This document shows positions 47,068 to 60,512 of a DNA stretch of 64,000 nucleotides, piece by piece. A model generated the notes under the pieces. That model did not search any database. It was not told the DNA's origin and worked only from the letters and a program-made list of their open reading frames with translations. A program made the position numbers and the translations under genes. This stretch comes from Octopus sinensis. Lineage: Eukaryota. Where the stretch lies: assembly GCF_006345805.1 (NCBI RefSeq), contig NC_042999.1, positions 13,330,001 through 13,394,000 of the forward strand. Direction: 5' to 3'. Each line of letters opens with the position of its first letter. Within the stretch, counting starts at the first letter, position 1.

Positions 47068-47711
47068 ATGTGCGTGCATATACACACACATACATATATA
47101 CATACATACATACATACATACATACATACATGCATACACAGGCGTATGTACGTACATACATACATACATGCATACATACACACATACATATGTACATATA
47201 TATGACGAACTAACTGTTACTTTCTCAGATGCAGCACGGATTTTTGTCAGTGAACAGGTCGCTGCAATTGTATATATATATATATATACCTACGTACATA
47301 TATACGTGTATACGAGTACACAGATAGGTGTTTGCGCTGTCAGTCTCTCGTGTGAACATACAAATAATGTTACAAGTGAAGAACTAATTCAATCCTACCA
47401 TTGTGTGTCATTTTCCAAATATACCAACGCCAACCTTCGAGGCCTTTGTTACGCTTGCAGGAGTGCAAGATCACACGATGTTTTATATTTAGCAAGTAAT
47501 GCACACACACACGCAATACACAGACAGACACAAATACATACATATACACACGTGTATATACGTGTATACACACAGACACAAACACACACATACTTCCGCA
47601 TATTTATGTATCTGTGTATGTGTGCATGCATGTATATGTATGTATGATCTCTTTCTCTTTTTAATTTAGAGTAGATTTTGTCCGGCAACCTACTTGGTAG
47701 CAAGGTTACTC

Positions 47712-48113
47712 TTCCCCTTTTACTCTTTTACTTGTGGCCATGCTGGAGCACCGGCTTTAGTCGAGCAAATCGACCCCAGGACTTATTCTTTGTAAGCCTA
47801 GTACTTATTCTATCTGTCTCTTTTGCCGAACCGCTAAGTTACGGAGACGTAAACACACCAGTATCAGTTGTCAAGCAATGTTGGGAGGACAAACACAGAC
47901 ACACAAACATATACACACACATACACACGCACACATATATACTTATATACGACGGGCTTCTTTCAGTTTCCGTCTACCAAATCCACTCACAAGGCATTGG
48001 TCGGCCCGAGCCTATAGTAGACGACACTTGCCCAAGGTGCCACGCAGTGGGACTGAACCCAGAACCATGTGGTTGGTAAGCAAGCTACTTACCACACAGC
48101 TACTCCTACGCCT
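47712..48113 (-). mobile_element. SINE B, full length
   Basis: All modules present. Confidence 0.88.
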
Positions 48114-48579
48114 AAGGTTGTGAAGAAAACCATCGTGTTTCGTTCATCATCCTTTAAATCTTAAGAAGGTCTTACAGATTCTTATAATTCCAGATATCGC
48201 GATCATTTGTAGAGTATGGATTAAGGATTTGCGTTCTGTTCCCAAGATGCCAAGTTTAGCCATATATTGCTACAGCTGGGTTGGTATGTATCCTGTTGCC
48301 CCGGTAATAATAGATATGAGACTAAAAGTGTATCTTGGGTATTAAATTTTCAAACACCCTTTTAATGGTCCATAGCTGCACTCTTTCTCTTTTGTATGTA
48401 TGTATGTATGAATGTATGTATGTATGTGTGTATGTATGCATGCATGAATGCATGCATGCATGTATGTATGTATGTATGTATGTATGTATGTATGTATGTA
48501 TGTATGTATGTATGTATGTATGTATGTATGTATGTACGTATGTATGTATGGATGGATGTATGGATGTATGTTTGTATGA

Positions 48580-48720
48580 AGGCGCGTGGCTTATTGGTTA
48601 GAGTATTCGGCTCACGATCACATGATTGAGAGTTCGATTCTCGGCGTTGTGTCTTTGAGCAAGACACTTTATTTCATGCCTTTCCAGTCCACCCGGCTGC
48701 TAAAAATACGTTGTAACTGT
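48580..48720 (+). mobile_element. Degenerate tRNA-headed SINE followed by (CAT)n
   Basis: GGCGCGTGGCTTATTGGTTAGAG..GAGTTCGATTCTC..TTGAGCAAGACACTT. Confidence 0.55.
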
Positions 48721-49399
48721 ATTTCCAGTTACCATCATCATCATCATCATCATCATCCTCATCATCATTATCATCACCATCATCGTCATCATCATCATCG
48801 TCGTCGTCGTCGCAGTCATTATCATTGTTAGTCATACACTCACTATGATGATAAGTTAGTTAATCACGTGGTGAGCAATGATCTCAGTTTATAACAGTGA
48901 AACGTACATGAAACATGCTATAAATTTCCTATGCAGAGGCGCGTCTGGGTATTCCTTTCTCCATCTAATCATTATGATATACAATGTTAATTCATTTTTA
49001 CATTATTCATTTGTTGTTGTTGTTGTTGATGTTCATCTTCCTCATAATTAGCTTGACATTCTAACATCTATGACGCACGCACACACACACACACACATAC
49101 ATATATATATACGTATATATATATGTGTGTGTGTGTATATATATATATGTGTGTGTGTGTAATATATATATATGTATACATATATATATGTATACATATG
49201 TATATATATATGTATACATATATATGTGTGTGTGTGTGTTCTTCTGTGTGCTACATATCTGCATTCACACAAACACCTCAAACAAATAAACAAATAAATA
49301 AATAACGAAAGAAAGGAAGGAAGCAAAAAGAACGAAAAGAATAAGAAATAGTTTGCTGTGGTATTCTCGTTGTACATCAGATTACGACGAATCAAGTAA

Positions 49400-49812
49400 A
49401 CATTAGCTTCAAATTTTGGCACAAGGCCAGCAATTTTGGGAAATGGAGGGGAGGCGCAGGGCACGTCGATTTCTTCGACTCCAGAGCTTGGTTTGTCCTT
49501 ATCTTATCCACTCCGGAAGGATGAAAGATAAAGGCGCCCTCACAGAAATGTAAAGACGGACGAAATGCCGCTAAGCATCTTGTCCGGCGTGCTAACGTTT
49601 CTGCCAGCTGGCCGCCTTAAATACACGAAATATCGATTTTAAATTTTGGCACTAAGTCAGCAAGTTCGAAGAAGCAGGTAAGTCGATTATATCGATCCCC
49701 AGTGCTCAACTGATACTTGCTTTATCAATCTCGGACGGATGAAAGGCAAAGTCAACCTCGGTAGAATTTGAATTCAGGACGTACAAACGATTCTGTCAGC
49801 TCGCCACCTTAA
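49400..49812 (-). mobile_element. Two adjacent SINE A copies, tail 2
   Basis: TTTTGGCAC(A/T)AGG/AGT tail plus GGATGAAAG core at 49400-49620 and 49640-49812. Confidence 0.72.
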
Positions 49813-49834
49813 ATACAGTAAATATTAAGGTATG

Positions 49835-50355
49835 TATAAGATGTCCCAAATGTCACTGATAGGTTTCTATTTTTAAAAAGTTCTTTAATTTTACAAATAA
49901 ATGCATGAAAGTTTGATACAATATGAAGGACATAATGGAAATTAATATGCGTAAGTCAAGTTTTGCAACACCATTACAACACATATGAAAAACGACATTT
50001 GCTAAATGGCAGCCATTTTCGGCTTTGTACACCTGTGCTCTTTCCAAAACATGCACCATAACACCCTCAAGAGTTTCGGACCCTACTTCTCTGATTTTTC
50101 AATTGATGTTCTCCTTCAGTTGCACCAGGGTCTCTGGTTTGTTAACGTAAACCCTCTCTTTCAGGTATCCCCACAAGAAAAAAATTCAGGCTACTCAAGT
50201 CAAGGAACATGAAAGGCCAGTTGACATTGCCGTAGCGGAAGATTATTCTTTCTCCAAAGCACTGCCGTGGTAACAACATTTTTTCTCTTGTGGTATGAGC
50301 AGTTGCCCTATCTTGCTGGAACCATGTATGAGGTCCACTTTGAATGACCTTCACG
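49835..50355 (-). mobile_element. Tc1/mariner-superfamily transposase C-terminal fragment (maT/rosa-like)
   Basis: WFQQDRATAHT..FGERIIFRYGNVNWP..DLSSLNFF; continues ..VLERAQVYKAENGCHL; possible TIR remnant TATAAGATGTCCCAAA. Confidence 0.78.
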
Positions 50356-50374
50356 CCCCCCAGACTCTACTAGC

Positions 50375-50695
50375 CCGGACTTTTTCTTGTGGGAAAGAAA
50401 TGGTTGTCTGATTCAGGAGCTCGCGTTGCAAACAGGTAGATTCAGGTTTCGTCTCACTGTGTGGCACCTTGTTATCTCCTACAATAGCCTTTGTGTGTTG
50501 TGTCTTCTTTATGATCCACCACCACCGTTTCACAACAGGTGTTGGTTTGTTTAGATATCCATCACCTAGTAGTTCGGCAAAAGACACCGACAGAATAATT
50601 ACCAATTTTAAAAATTTGTGGTTGATATGTTCGACAAAACCCTTGAAGATTGTGCCCTGAAATGGCACAGTCTAGTAACTGGCACAAGTAAAAGA
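50375..50695 (+). mobile_element. SINE B, degenerate
   Basis: CAGGTTTCGTCTCACTGTGTGGCACCTTG..GTTCGGCAAAAGACACCGACAGAAT. Confidence 0.62.
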
Positions 50696-51399
50696 TGCCA
50701 GATGGAGTTTGCAACAGAAAAATTTTCTATATTTTACATGGTCATTAATATGGCGCTGGTGACGATAGGCAGACGATAATGGTGGCCTTCGTATATATAA
50801 TGTTTTAGCGCTTTTTCTCTCGAAACGTTTATCAGGGAAGCTGAATCTAGGATGCTATTTTGCTGCATTGTATTGTCTTTGAACGTGTATGTGTGAGAGT
50901 TTATTTGTGTGTGTGTGCGTGTGTGTGTGTCTGTCTGTCTGTCACTGTTTAGTTATTCGGGTATGACTTGTCAACGTTGGTCTCGTTGTCGTCGTCGTCG
51001 TCGGCGGCGGCAACATCTCTATTCTTATTGCATCTCTATACAATTTGTCAGGGATGGAATACTTTCGCTATTGTAGCAATAAAGTAACCAGTGGCAACCG
51101 CAAATAATGTGTAATAGGAAAATAACTGCACATATAAACACACAAAGGTACACATACTCACGCACTCACAGACAAACACATACACATACTTACAATTACT
51201 CACTTCCCTTCAATCACTGCGTATATATATATATATATATATATACATATGTATGCATGTATTTATATATACATACTAATATGTACATATATGCATACAT
51301 ACACAAATCCAGAGAGCCAGATAGAGAGGGAAAATGATTGAAACCCTACACACACTCACACACATAACTATACACACACACATATATGCTTATATATTT

Positions 51400-51467
51400 A
51401 TACATAGATACATATATATATATATAATATATATATATATATATGTATACATATATATGTATATATA

Positions 51468-51500
<33 letters not shown>

Positions 51501-51524
51501 CATACATATATATACGTATGTATC

Positions 51525-51569
<45 letters not shown>

Positions 51570-51740
51570 CATATATATACGTATGTATCATATGTATATA
51601 TATATATATTATATATATATATATATATAATATATATATATATATGTATACATATATATGTATATATACATCTCTATACATAAACATATATATGCATATA
51701 TATGTTTATATATATACATATATACACGTGTATGTATAGG
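51400..51740. repeat. (TA)n microsatellite with internal duplication
   Basis: TACGTATGTATCATATGTA occurs twice. Confidence 0.88.
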
Positions 51741-52550
51741 TTCACTTATAGTTATTTATATGCATGTATACACACACATACATTCATATATATATATTTG
51801 TATGTGAATTTATAAATATGTAGAGATACAGAGAGAATGGAAGAGAAATACATACATAAGTGCACGCACACATACACACGTTCACAAGCACGCGCGAGAG
51901 CATACGCATACATACACACACATACACATACATACACACACACACACATACACACACACACAGAGTGCAGAAAGTAACTCGAATACAGTGACACGCATAA
52001 TTGCCATATGTCATGTTTGATACATGCGAAAGAGATTTGAGGAGTGTGCAGCAAGGGAAAATAGTGCATGTGTATATGTGTGCGTGTGTGTATGCGCGTG
52101 TGTGCGTGTGTGTGTGTGTGCGTGTGAGGGTGTGTGTGTTTTATTTGTAGAATGTAGACAGGTAGGTACACTGGCAAACATACAGATCAACAGACAGAAA
52201 CGCATGCATATCCGAACGTCTGTGCTTATTGTGCACACACACACGTACATAGATACGTACAAAATTGCACACACTCACACGCATACACAAGCACACACAC
52301 ACTCATCTATATGTGTATATGTATGTCCATATTGTATGTGTTTATGCACGTGTGTGTGAGTGTATGTGTATCAATATATAAACACCAGAGTAAGCACATA
52401 AATGTGAAACAAGGTGGTAAAAATAGTACTCGAATACCGGGGGTAGAGTAATATGCTTTATTTAAAAGCAGCAGAAATACCGTCCGTCAAACGGCAACGT
52501 GAAACTCTGAGTAACAGTTTATGTGATGTCTTTGCAACTTCATTAATATA

Positions 52551-52599
<49 letters not shown>

Positions 52600-52797
52600 T
52601 TTGTGGAGTAAACATTCTTATACTTAACCAAATATTTCAGTATCTATACAGGGAATTACCCAGCGGACAGTTCGAACAGGAGAGATAATAGAGTTTTTTT
52701 TTTGTAATAGAAGTTTTATTAATTAGAAGTTTTATTTTGAAATTAATGAAGTAAGAAGAGGCATAGAATATACATACATATATATATAGAGAGAGAA

Positions 52798-53134
52798 AGT
52801 GGTTGTATAATGTCCACTTAACGTGACAGTCCGGTAAAGGGAATTAACTCACCGCTTCCTGTCGGCCTTGACACATTTCCTGTGTCCTTACATATTTACG
52901 AAGGGGAGACAAACACCCCCAACAGCTAGGCCTGCATCTAGAGACATGCATGTTTCTGGGTCTTGCCCATCATTATTCTAGAGTAGCAAAGGCCTGCTAG
53001 CTGAAGTTATTTGTCTAGACTTCGTAAATATGTGTCAAAGCCGACAGGAAGCATCGATGCTTCCTAGGGCTAAACAACGGTGGTGTAATTCCCTTTACGG
53101 GACTGTCACGTTAAGTTGACAGTATACGACCACT
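52798..53134. mobile_element. About 340-bp MITE with long imperfect TIRs
   Basis: AGTGGTTGTATAATGTCCACTTAACGTGACAGTCCGGTAAAGGGAATTA versus the reverse complement of 53082-53134; internal palindrome AGGAAGCATCGATGCTTCCT. Confidence 0.78.
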
Positions 53135-53201
53135 ATATCGATCCACCACCGCATATATCTCTATGCGATATTTAGAAATTTAATATTTCTGATATATATA
53201 T

Positions 53202-53800
53202 GTTAGTTAGTTAGTTAGTTAATTTGGCTCAAAAGCAAATAGCAAGGCCATGTAGGGGGACATGGAGTTAAGTACAGGGTGGTGTTCATGTAAAGAGTTC
53301 AGGCCACTTGAGGTCCAGGGAGGCTTTGAACAAAGCAGTCGTCGGCATCTTCACCATCTCGTCTGGCAGCTTGTTCCACGGATCCGCAACCCGGACGGAG
53401 AAAGCTCCTCTCCTTCGATTGAGATGAAATCGTCGCAGGTAGAGCTTTTCGGAATGACCCCGCAGCCGACGCTCCGGAGCAGGAGTGAAGAACAGCTCTT
53501 TCGAGAGGTTACACTTCCCGCTTATGATGTTGTGGGCGAGAATGAGATCACCACGGCGGCGGCGTTTTTCAAGAGAATAAAGGTCGAGCGTCCTCAGCCT
53601 TTCTTCGTAGGACAAATTTTTGAGACCATGAACCAGGCGGGTAGCCAGCCTCTGGACTCTTTCGAGGTGTTGTATGTCTTTGAGGAGATAAGGAGAAGAG
53701 GCTTGAATCCCATACTCCAATATGGGTCTCACCAGCGTGACATAGAGTGGTAGGAATATGGCTGCTGTGAGCATTCCGAATGACCGTCGAATGCCAGCTC
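53202..53800 (-). mobile_element. Well-preserved 5'-truncated CR1 LINE with (AACT)n tail
   Basis: Uninterrupted frame LYVTLVRPILEYGIQASSPYLLKDIQHLERVQRLATRLV..LEKRRRRGDLI..RGHSEKL..FSVRVADPWNKLP; stop at 53286. Confidence 0.93.
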
Positions 53801-54086
53801 GCCGAACACATGCATACATTTGTGTGATATACACATAAATATTTATGTTGGGCTTATAGTAATAGACTCATACACAAAATGTATGTAACGCATTAGGATC
53901 AATTAAGAAGAAGTAAAATTGTGAACATTCTTATATTTAACCATATATTGCAGTATGTATGCGTGGAATTACCTAGTGAGCAGCTGGAACAAGGGAGATA
54001 ATCATTTTTTTTGGTAATATTTGGCGGGATAAAAAGTTTCATTTTGAAATTAACGAAGTAGGAAGACGAGGCATAGAATATACATA

Positions 54087-54135
<49 letters not shown>

Positions 54136-54162
54136 TATTATTATTATTATTATTATATATTA

Positions 54163-54203
<41 letters not shown>

Positions 54204-54242
54204 TCATCATCATCATCATCATCATCATCATTATTATTATTA

Positions 54243-54458
54243 TTGTTCAGTAGTTTTATTTTTATAGCGTGCTTTCACTTCACTACTGAGCGCAGCTCTG
54301 TGTGCCTTGGGTATGTGCTGTGATTTGTTGTGATGCTCTGATGCTCTGTTGTGTATGGAAAGTGTTCTGCGTAGGATGTGTGCAGTGCCTAGTAGTGCAA
54401 TTTTCTGTATGTTATATGTGTTTGTAAGTCCTGGTGTTTTTGTTACGTATTTGTCTGT
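54243..54458 (-). mobile_element. Short R4/Dong 3' end inserted in (TTA)n
   Basis: Matches 25045-25253; (TTA)n at 54088-54242 and 54460-54535. Confidence 0.88.
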
Positions 54459-54459
54459 A

Positions 54460-54535
<76 letters not shown>

Positions 54536-54715
54536 TTGCATACTTGTTATAAAGTCCTTGGCCCATTTCGTTCATTTTAGAAATTTATCAGCATGGCTTA
54601 GCCAGCAGTATATCTATCAAACGTTTTATGAATTGAGACGCAGCTTATAAACAGAAGACAATAACAGCCTGGAAGAAATTCATGGAATGTGTATTTTTCT
54701 TTGTTTTTTTTTATC

Positions 54716-54751
<36 letters not shown>

Positions 54752-54845
54752 ACACACACACGCACACACACAATTCTTTTCAATCTCTCACTCGACATGT
54801 ATCTGCTTGCTTGTCTTTCTGTCTGTCAACTACCTGTCTGTCTGC

Positions 54846-54909
<64 letters not shown>

Positions 54910-54918
54910 ATCTATCCT

Positions 54919-54950
<32 letters not shown>

Positions 54951-55010
54951 GCTATTTACCTGACTCCTTTCACTATATGTGTGAGTGTGTGTGCATGTGC
55001 GTGGTCTATA

Positions 55011-55050
<40 letters not shown>

Positions 55051-55156
55051 GTGTGGTGTGTGTGTGTACGTATTCCTGTACTTGTCAATCGATCTGTGTG
55101 TGCTATATTTTTACCATTGAGCACTGGGAGACGCGCAAAAAGTATGCATAAAAATA

Positions 55157-55206
<50 letters not shown>

Positions 55207-55286
55207 AAGTGTGCAGTAAGGAAACAAAGGGTGAATGAACTTATCTGCATATTTATGTAAGTATATATATATCATATATTAATGTA

Positions 55287-55330
<44 letters not shown>

Positions 55331-55424
55331 CACACACATATATACGTATATATATACACTCATATATATACGTGTACATATATAAGTGTGAGTGTGTGTG
55401 TGTATCTGTGTATCTGTGTTTGTA

Positions 55425-55464
<40 letters not shown>

Positions 55465-56049
55465 CGCGCAATGCGTGTGGATGTGTATTTATGTATGTAT
55501 AAATGATCTTAGATACCAATGTATGCGCATATCGATCTATGTATGCCTGTATATACGTTCATGTGTTTATGCATATATAAATACACACACACACACATAT
55601 ATATTTATATACACATATACATATATATATATATATATATGCACATACACACACGTACATATATACACATACATAAATACATATACGTATATATATGTAT
55701 AAATGTATGTATGTATGTATTATGTATATTTGTACATATGTATATTTTATATTTATGCTCGTATGCACGCACGAATAACCGTATGTTTGAAAATACGCGT
55801 GTACGCACTTGCGCGCGTATAATATATGGACGGATGGATAGCTGCCGCGGTTAATATATACATTTGTGTCTGCCTGCTGTGCAACTGCGGAAATGCAATT
55901 AAGAATAGCAGTTAGCGACATTCCTACGCGATGTCTACCCATGGAACTCGGTAGAACAATTCTGCATGTTTTTCTGTTTCACTAGAATATTCGAAGCAAC
56001 GATGTAAAACTAGGTGAAGGAATAAAGAACTAGGTGTCAGAAAAGGCGT

Positions 56050-56064
56050 GTGTGTGTGTGTATA

Positions 56065-56100
<36 letters not shown>

Positions 56101-56420
56101 TGTATGTATGTATGTATGTATGTATGTATGCATGTATGTATGTATAAACTTATGTATGTCAGTAATTATGTATGTGTGTATTTATGTGCGTGTATGTATA
56201 AATGTATGTATGTATGTATGTATGTATGTATGTATGTATGTATGCATGTATGTATGTATAAACTTATGTATGTCAGTAATTATGTATGTGTGTATTTATG
56301 TGCGTGTATGTATAAATGTATGTATGTATGTAATGTATGTATGTATGTGTGTATGTATGTATGTATGTATGTATGTATGTACGTACGTACGTATGTATAA
56401 ATGCATGTATGTAATTATAT
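56050..56420. repeat. (TATG)n with a 115-bp internal duplication
   Basis: CATGTATGTATGTATAAACTTATGTATGTCAGTAATT at 56131 and 56246. Confidence 0.88.
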
Positions 56421-56454
56421 ATATGTGTGTATATAAGTATGCATGTGACTTTTA

Positions 56455-56660
56455 TCTTTTGCTTGTTTGAGCTATTTGACTGCGGCCATGCTGGGTCAAC
56501 GCCTTGAAAAATTATATGCCGAATGAATCGACCACAGAACTTATTCTATCGGTCTCTTGTGCCGAATCGCTAAATTGCACGGACGTAAGCACACCAATAT
56601 CGGTTGTCAGGCAGTAGCGGGGACAAACACAAATTCAAAGACACACACACACACACACAC
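56455..56660 (-). mobile_element. SINE B 3' half
   Basis: TTTGACTGCGGCCATGCTGG..TTATTCTATCGGTCTC..GGACGTAAGCACACC. Confidence 0.75.
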
Positions 56661-56729
56661 ATACATCAATTTATCTTTCTTTCTCTTTCTCATTCTCTCT
56701 CCTTCTCCCTCTCTCTCTATATATATACA

Positions 56730-56988
56730 TACATGCATATACATATATATATGTATATATGTATGTATGTATGTTTGTATGTATGTATGTATGTATGTAT
56801 GTATGTATGTATTATGCATGTATGTATGTATGTATGCATGTATGTATGTAGGTATGTATGTATGTATGTATGTATGCATGTATGTATGTATGTATGTATG
56901 TATGTATGTATATATGTATGCATGTATGTATGTAGGTATGTATGTATGTATGCATGCATGTATGTATGCATGCATGTATGTATGTATG

Positions 56989-57022
<34 letters not shown>

Positions 57023-57340
57023 TGTATGTATGTATGCATGTATGTATGTATGTATGCATGCATGTATGTATGTATGTATGTATGTATGTATGCATGTATG
57101 TATTTATGCATGTATGTATGTATGTATGTATGTATGTATGTATGCATGTATGTATGTATGCATGCATGCATGCATGTATGTATGCATGCATGCATGTATG
57201 TATGTATGTATGTATGTATGTATGTATGTATGTATGTATGTATGCATGCATGTATGTATGCATGCATGCATGTATGTATGTATGTATGTATGTATGTATG
57301 TATGTATGTATGTATGTATGTATGCATGTATGTATATATA
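56730..57340. repeat. (TATG)n/(CATG) microsatellite
   Basis: Direct reading. Confidence 0.92.
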
Positions 57341-57469
57341 TAAAGCCACGAATGTTCCGTCCTGGTCTTCCTGCCTGTCTTTGTATCGGCCAGCTATCCG
57401 TATGTTTTTATTGTGGTCCGATTTTTGGATTTATATATACATATAGCGGCGTACGCAACCTTTTGCTCA

Positions 57470-57523
<54 letters not shown>

Positions 57524-57528
<5 letters not shown>

Positions 57529-57640
57529 CCTGGTCGCTTAGCCAGCGGGGTGGCATCATTTGAAGGCTAAAACAATGTGAAGCGCATTGGGACCAGCGAT
57601 GTGTAGCAACATTCGGATTGCCTGGTCGGTCACGTGATCA
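57524..57640 (+). repeat. Family E 120-bp repeat abutting (TA)n
   Basis: TTGGCCTGGTCGCTTAGCCAGCGGGGTGGCATCATTTGAAGGC..; reverse complement of 9170-9290. Confidence 0.75.
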
Positions 57641-57680
57641 GCAGATACACACACACACACATATATATATATACATACAT

Positions 57681-57720
<40 letters not shown>

Positions 57721-57776
57721 GAGAAATTAAAAAAGGAAAATACGCACACTTATATAGTTTTAATATAATTTTTGAT

Positions 57777-57811
57777 ATATCGACCGGTTTCGCTATCGCT
57801 ATTCATGATAT
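57777..57811 (-). ncRNA. Minimal type I hammerhead candidate with an A3/U8 variant core
   Basis: Minus strand ATATC-ATGAATA-GC-GATA-GC-GAA-ACCGGT-C-GATAT. Confidence 0.5.
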
Positions 57812-57861
57812 TATGTTTTATTTATTTGAATATATATTTTTTCTATACACACACACACACG

Positions 57862-57920
<59 letters not shown>

Positions 57921-57929
57921 GAGACACAT

Positions 57930-58015
57930 GCTGAAGGTGCCGAGCAGTAGGACTGAGAGCAGGAACCATGTGGGTGGGAAACAAGCTTCTAACTACACCG
58001 TCACACCTGCACCTA
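57930..58015 (-). mobile_element. SINE B head, degenerate
   Basis: AAGGTGCCGAGCAGTAGGACTGAGAGCAGGAACCATGTGG..CACACCTGCACCTA. Confidence 0.6.
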
Positions 58016-58037
58016 AATGTAATATAATATATTAGGG

Positions 58038-58258
58038 CGTCTAGCTGGCAGAAACCTTAGCACGTCGGGTGAAAAACTTAGCCTTATTTCGTCTGCCGTT
58101 ACGGACTGAGTTCAAATTCCGCCGAGGTCGACTTTGTTTTTCATCCTTCCGGGGTCGATTAAATAAGTACCAGTTACGCACTGGAGTCGATGTAATCGAC
58201 CTAATCCCTTTGTCTGTCCTTGTTTGTCCCCTCTATCTTTAGCCTCCCTGTGGGCAAT
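58038..58258 (+). mobile_element. SINE A, tail 1
   Basis: Head, B-box, core and tail. Confidence 0.85.
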
Positions 58259-58558
58259 AACTAACTAACTAAATATATGTAATATATTATCATTTCCCCT
58301 TTTTAATTTAGAATTAAAATCAGCTGAAGATCTTGCGAATTATTAATGTCCCATATTTTAGCATCGTTCGCGGAGTATGAATTACGGAGCGAGACATGCA
58401 TGCACGTACGCATGTATGCATAACTGTTTCTATGTGCGAAACTATATGTGTGTGCGTGTGCGCGCGCGTATGTGTGTTTGTGTGTGTGTGTGCGTGTATG
58501 CGTGCACGCGATTGTGTGAGTATGTGTCTGTGTGTTGTGTATCTATCTATTTATATAC

Positions 58559-58623
<65 letters not shown>

Positions 58624-59332
58624 AACAAGGTTAGTAGAGTTAGAGGTTGGAATAACCGTTTAAGGGATAAAAGTATCCATTATATTACTGGTATAATTAC
58701 CTATGTTAACTCTAGACATACATATGCAAGCATATTATGCTCATATTTTATAGGTGATTACAAAGATAAACATGACTTTGTCAGGAATTAAATGCTAATC
58801 AACTTTTTCTGCGCATTTGCTTGACTATATCTTCATATTTTATTCGCTTTGACCCATTAAACAACAACTTTTTTAATCAAGCATGCCTTTAAAAAAATTT
58901 GCTCATCTTTAGTTTAACTACAGAGGAAGAGTGGCGCACCAGACTAGTTTCCGGGCCAACGAGATTGGGTAAGAGGAAGGGTGGAATTCTGCTTCATCTG
59001 AAGATCAATGGCAGGAAACGCCATTCCAAAGAAATGACTTTTAGCAGAAACCTTGCCTACAACTTTTAACAAAGGAAGGATAATCTCTCACCGTATATAA
59101 GACGCACATTTTGTCCCGCAAAATTATCTCAAAAAAATAAAAAATCACCGAGCGTCCTATAAGCGAAGTTGGGCCTAAACTACATGTTCTTAGTGCCATA
59201 AAAACCTTCTTTCCTCGAATAAGTGCTGCTGAAATTGTGGTGTGTCTAATACGAGGTGCAATCTAGAAGTTCTGAGACTCTTTTAGGAGAGGCTGTCCTA
59301 AATTATTATAATTTTAGTATATCATTACTATA

Positions 59333-59868
59333 CGAGGTGTGTATGAAAAGTTTTGAGCCTAACCTAGAAACGGGGCTGCTAGGTAACTGAAACAATTTTT
59401 TCTGGTAAGTACAGTCTTTTCAGTGTAGTCTTGCTCATTTTCATGATTCTGATATTTTAATTTCTTTTGTTGCAGATTTTTGAATGAACAAATGTCGAGG
59501 TTACAAGGCAAATGGAGAAAACTGAGTATCGTGCTGTCGTAAAATACCTTCATTTGAAAGGCATGACTCTATCAGAAATCCAGGAAGATACGGTGAGAAC
59601 CTTAACAGACAATGCTCCTTCATATGCAACAGTCAAACGCTGGGTAAATGAATTCAAATGTGGCAGGGAGAGTGTGGAAGGTGATCCCAACCCAGGGATA
59701 CCTCCAACTGCAACCACCGAGGACAACCTTGACCTTGGTCTTGGTAGGATAATGCAAGATCGTCGAATATCATGTAGTCAAATAGCCGAGAGACTGGGCA
59801 TCTCAACTTAAAGAGCAAACAACATTTTGACCGAAGAACTTGGATTCTCAAAGGTTTCTGCAAGGTAG
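59333..59868 (+). mobile_element. Mariner 5' portion (TIR and transposase N-terminus)
   Basis: TA-CGAGGTGTGTATGAAAAGTTTTGAGCC; MEKTEYRAVVKYLHLKGMT..SYATVKRWVNEFKCGRESVEGDP..DRRIS. Confidence 0.85.
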
Positions 59869-59984
59869 ATCTAACAATCTGATCTGCTAAGTTTTGTAAT
59901 TCTAAATTAAAGGCGACGGCTGTAACAACACTTTGAACATACACTGCCAAACACTGTTATAGCAAACTTGTCTGCAGAATGCGG

Positions 59985-60445
59985 TCGGGACGTGAAGAGA
60001 ATTTGGAAGCTCGTTATGCAGTAAAATTTTTGCGTTAAAATGGACAAAAATGCTACAGAATGTTTTGAAATGCTCCAAACTTCTAATGGATTAACATGTA
60101 TTGGCCAGGCAAATCAAGTCCACCGAAAAGCTTATAATGATCCTCTTTTTCGTCAGCAGGTCATCGCCTACATCCACTGGACAGACAGACAGACGGTCAA
60201 CAAATAGTACGTTGTGGATTCCTTCTGGACAGGCGGTCAACGATTCTAGGTCTTCAGAATGTTCAGAAAGAAATTTTGTTGTAAAAGGCCAGGATATCTG
60301 CATCAGGACAACACATCAGTCCACATTTCCATCCAGGTGACCAACAATTTGTCAGAAATGGACATCAAAACTGTCACTCACCGTCCCTATTTTGCTACTC
60401 CCAAGACTTTGCTACCTGAGAATTTTTTTGGTTGTTACCCAAGTT
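59985..60445 (+). mobile_element. Second, internally deleted mariner transposase
   Basis: ENLEARYAVKF/CVKMDKNATECFEMLQ; ARQIKSTEKLIMILFF..GQTVN; LHQDNTSVH..HRPY. Confidence 0.75.
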
Positions 60446-60512
60446 GATGGAGATGAAGCGGGTGCTGAAAAGTTCTTGGCTTTGGGTAAAAGAAAACCCA
60501 GGATGATTAGTT

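Noticed and set aside
47222-47262. Micro-exon after TTTCTCAG
   Set aside because: Weak donor (GTCGCT) and no supporting coding context.
56455-58015. One SINE B stretched by a 1.3-kb internal expansion
   Set aside because: Head and 3' half are co-oriented, but the linking core segment and TSDs are missing.
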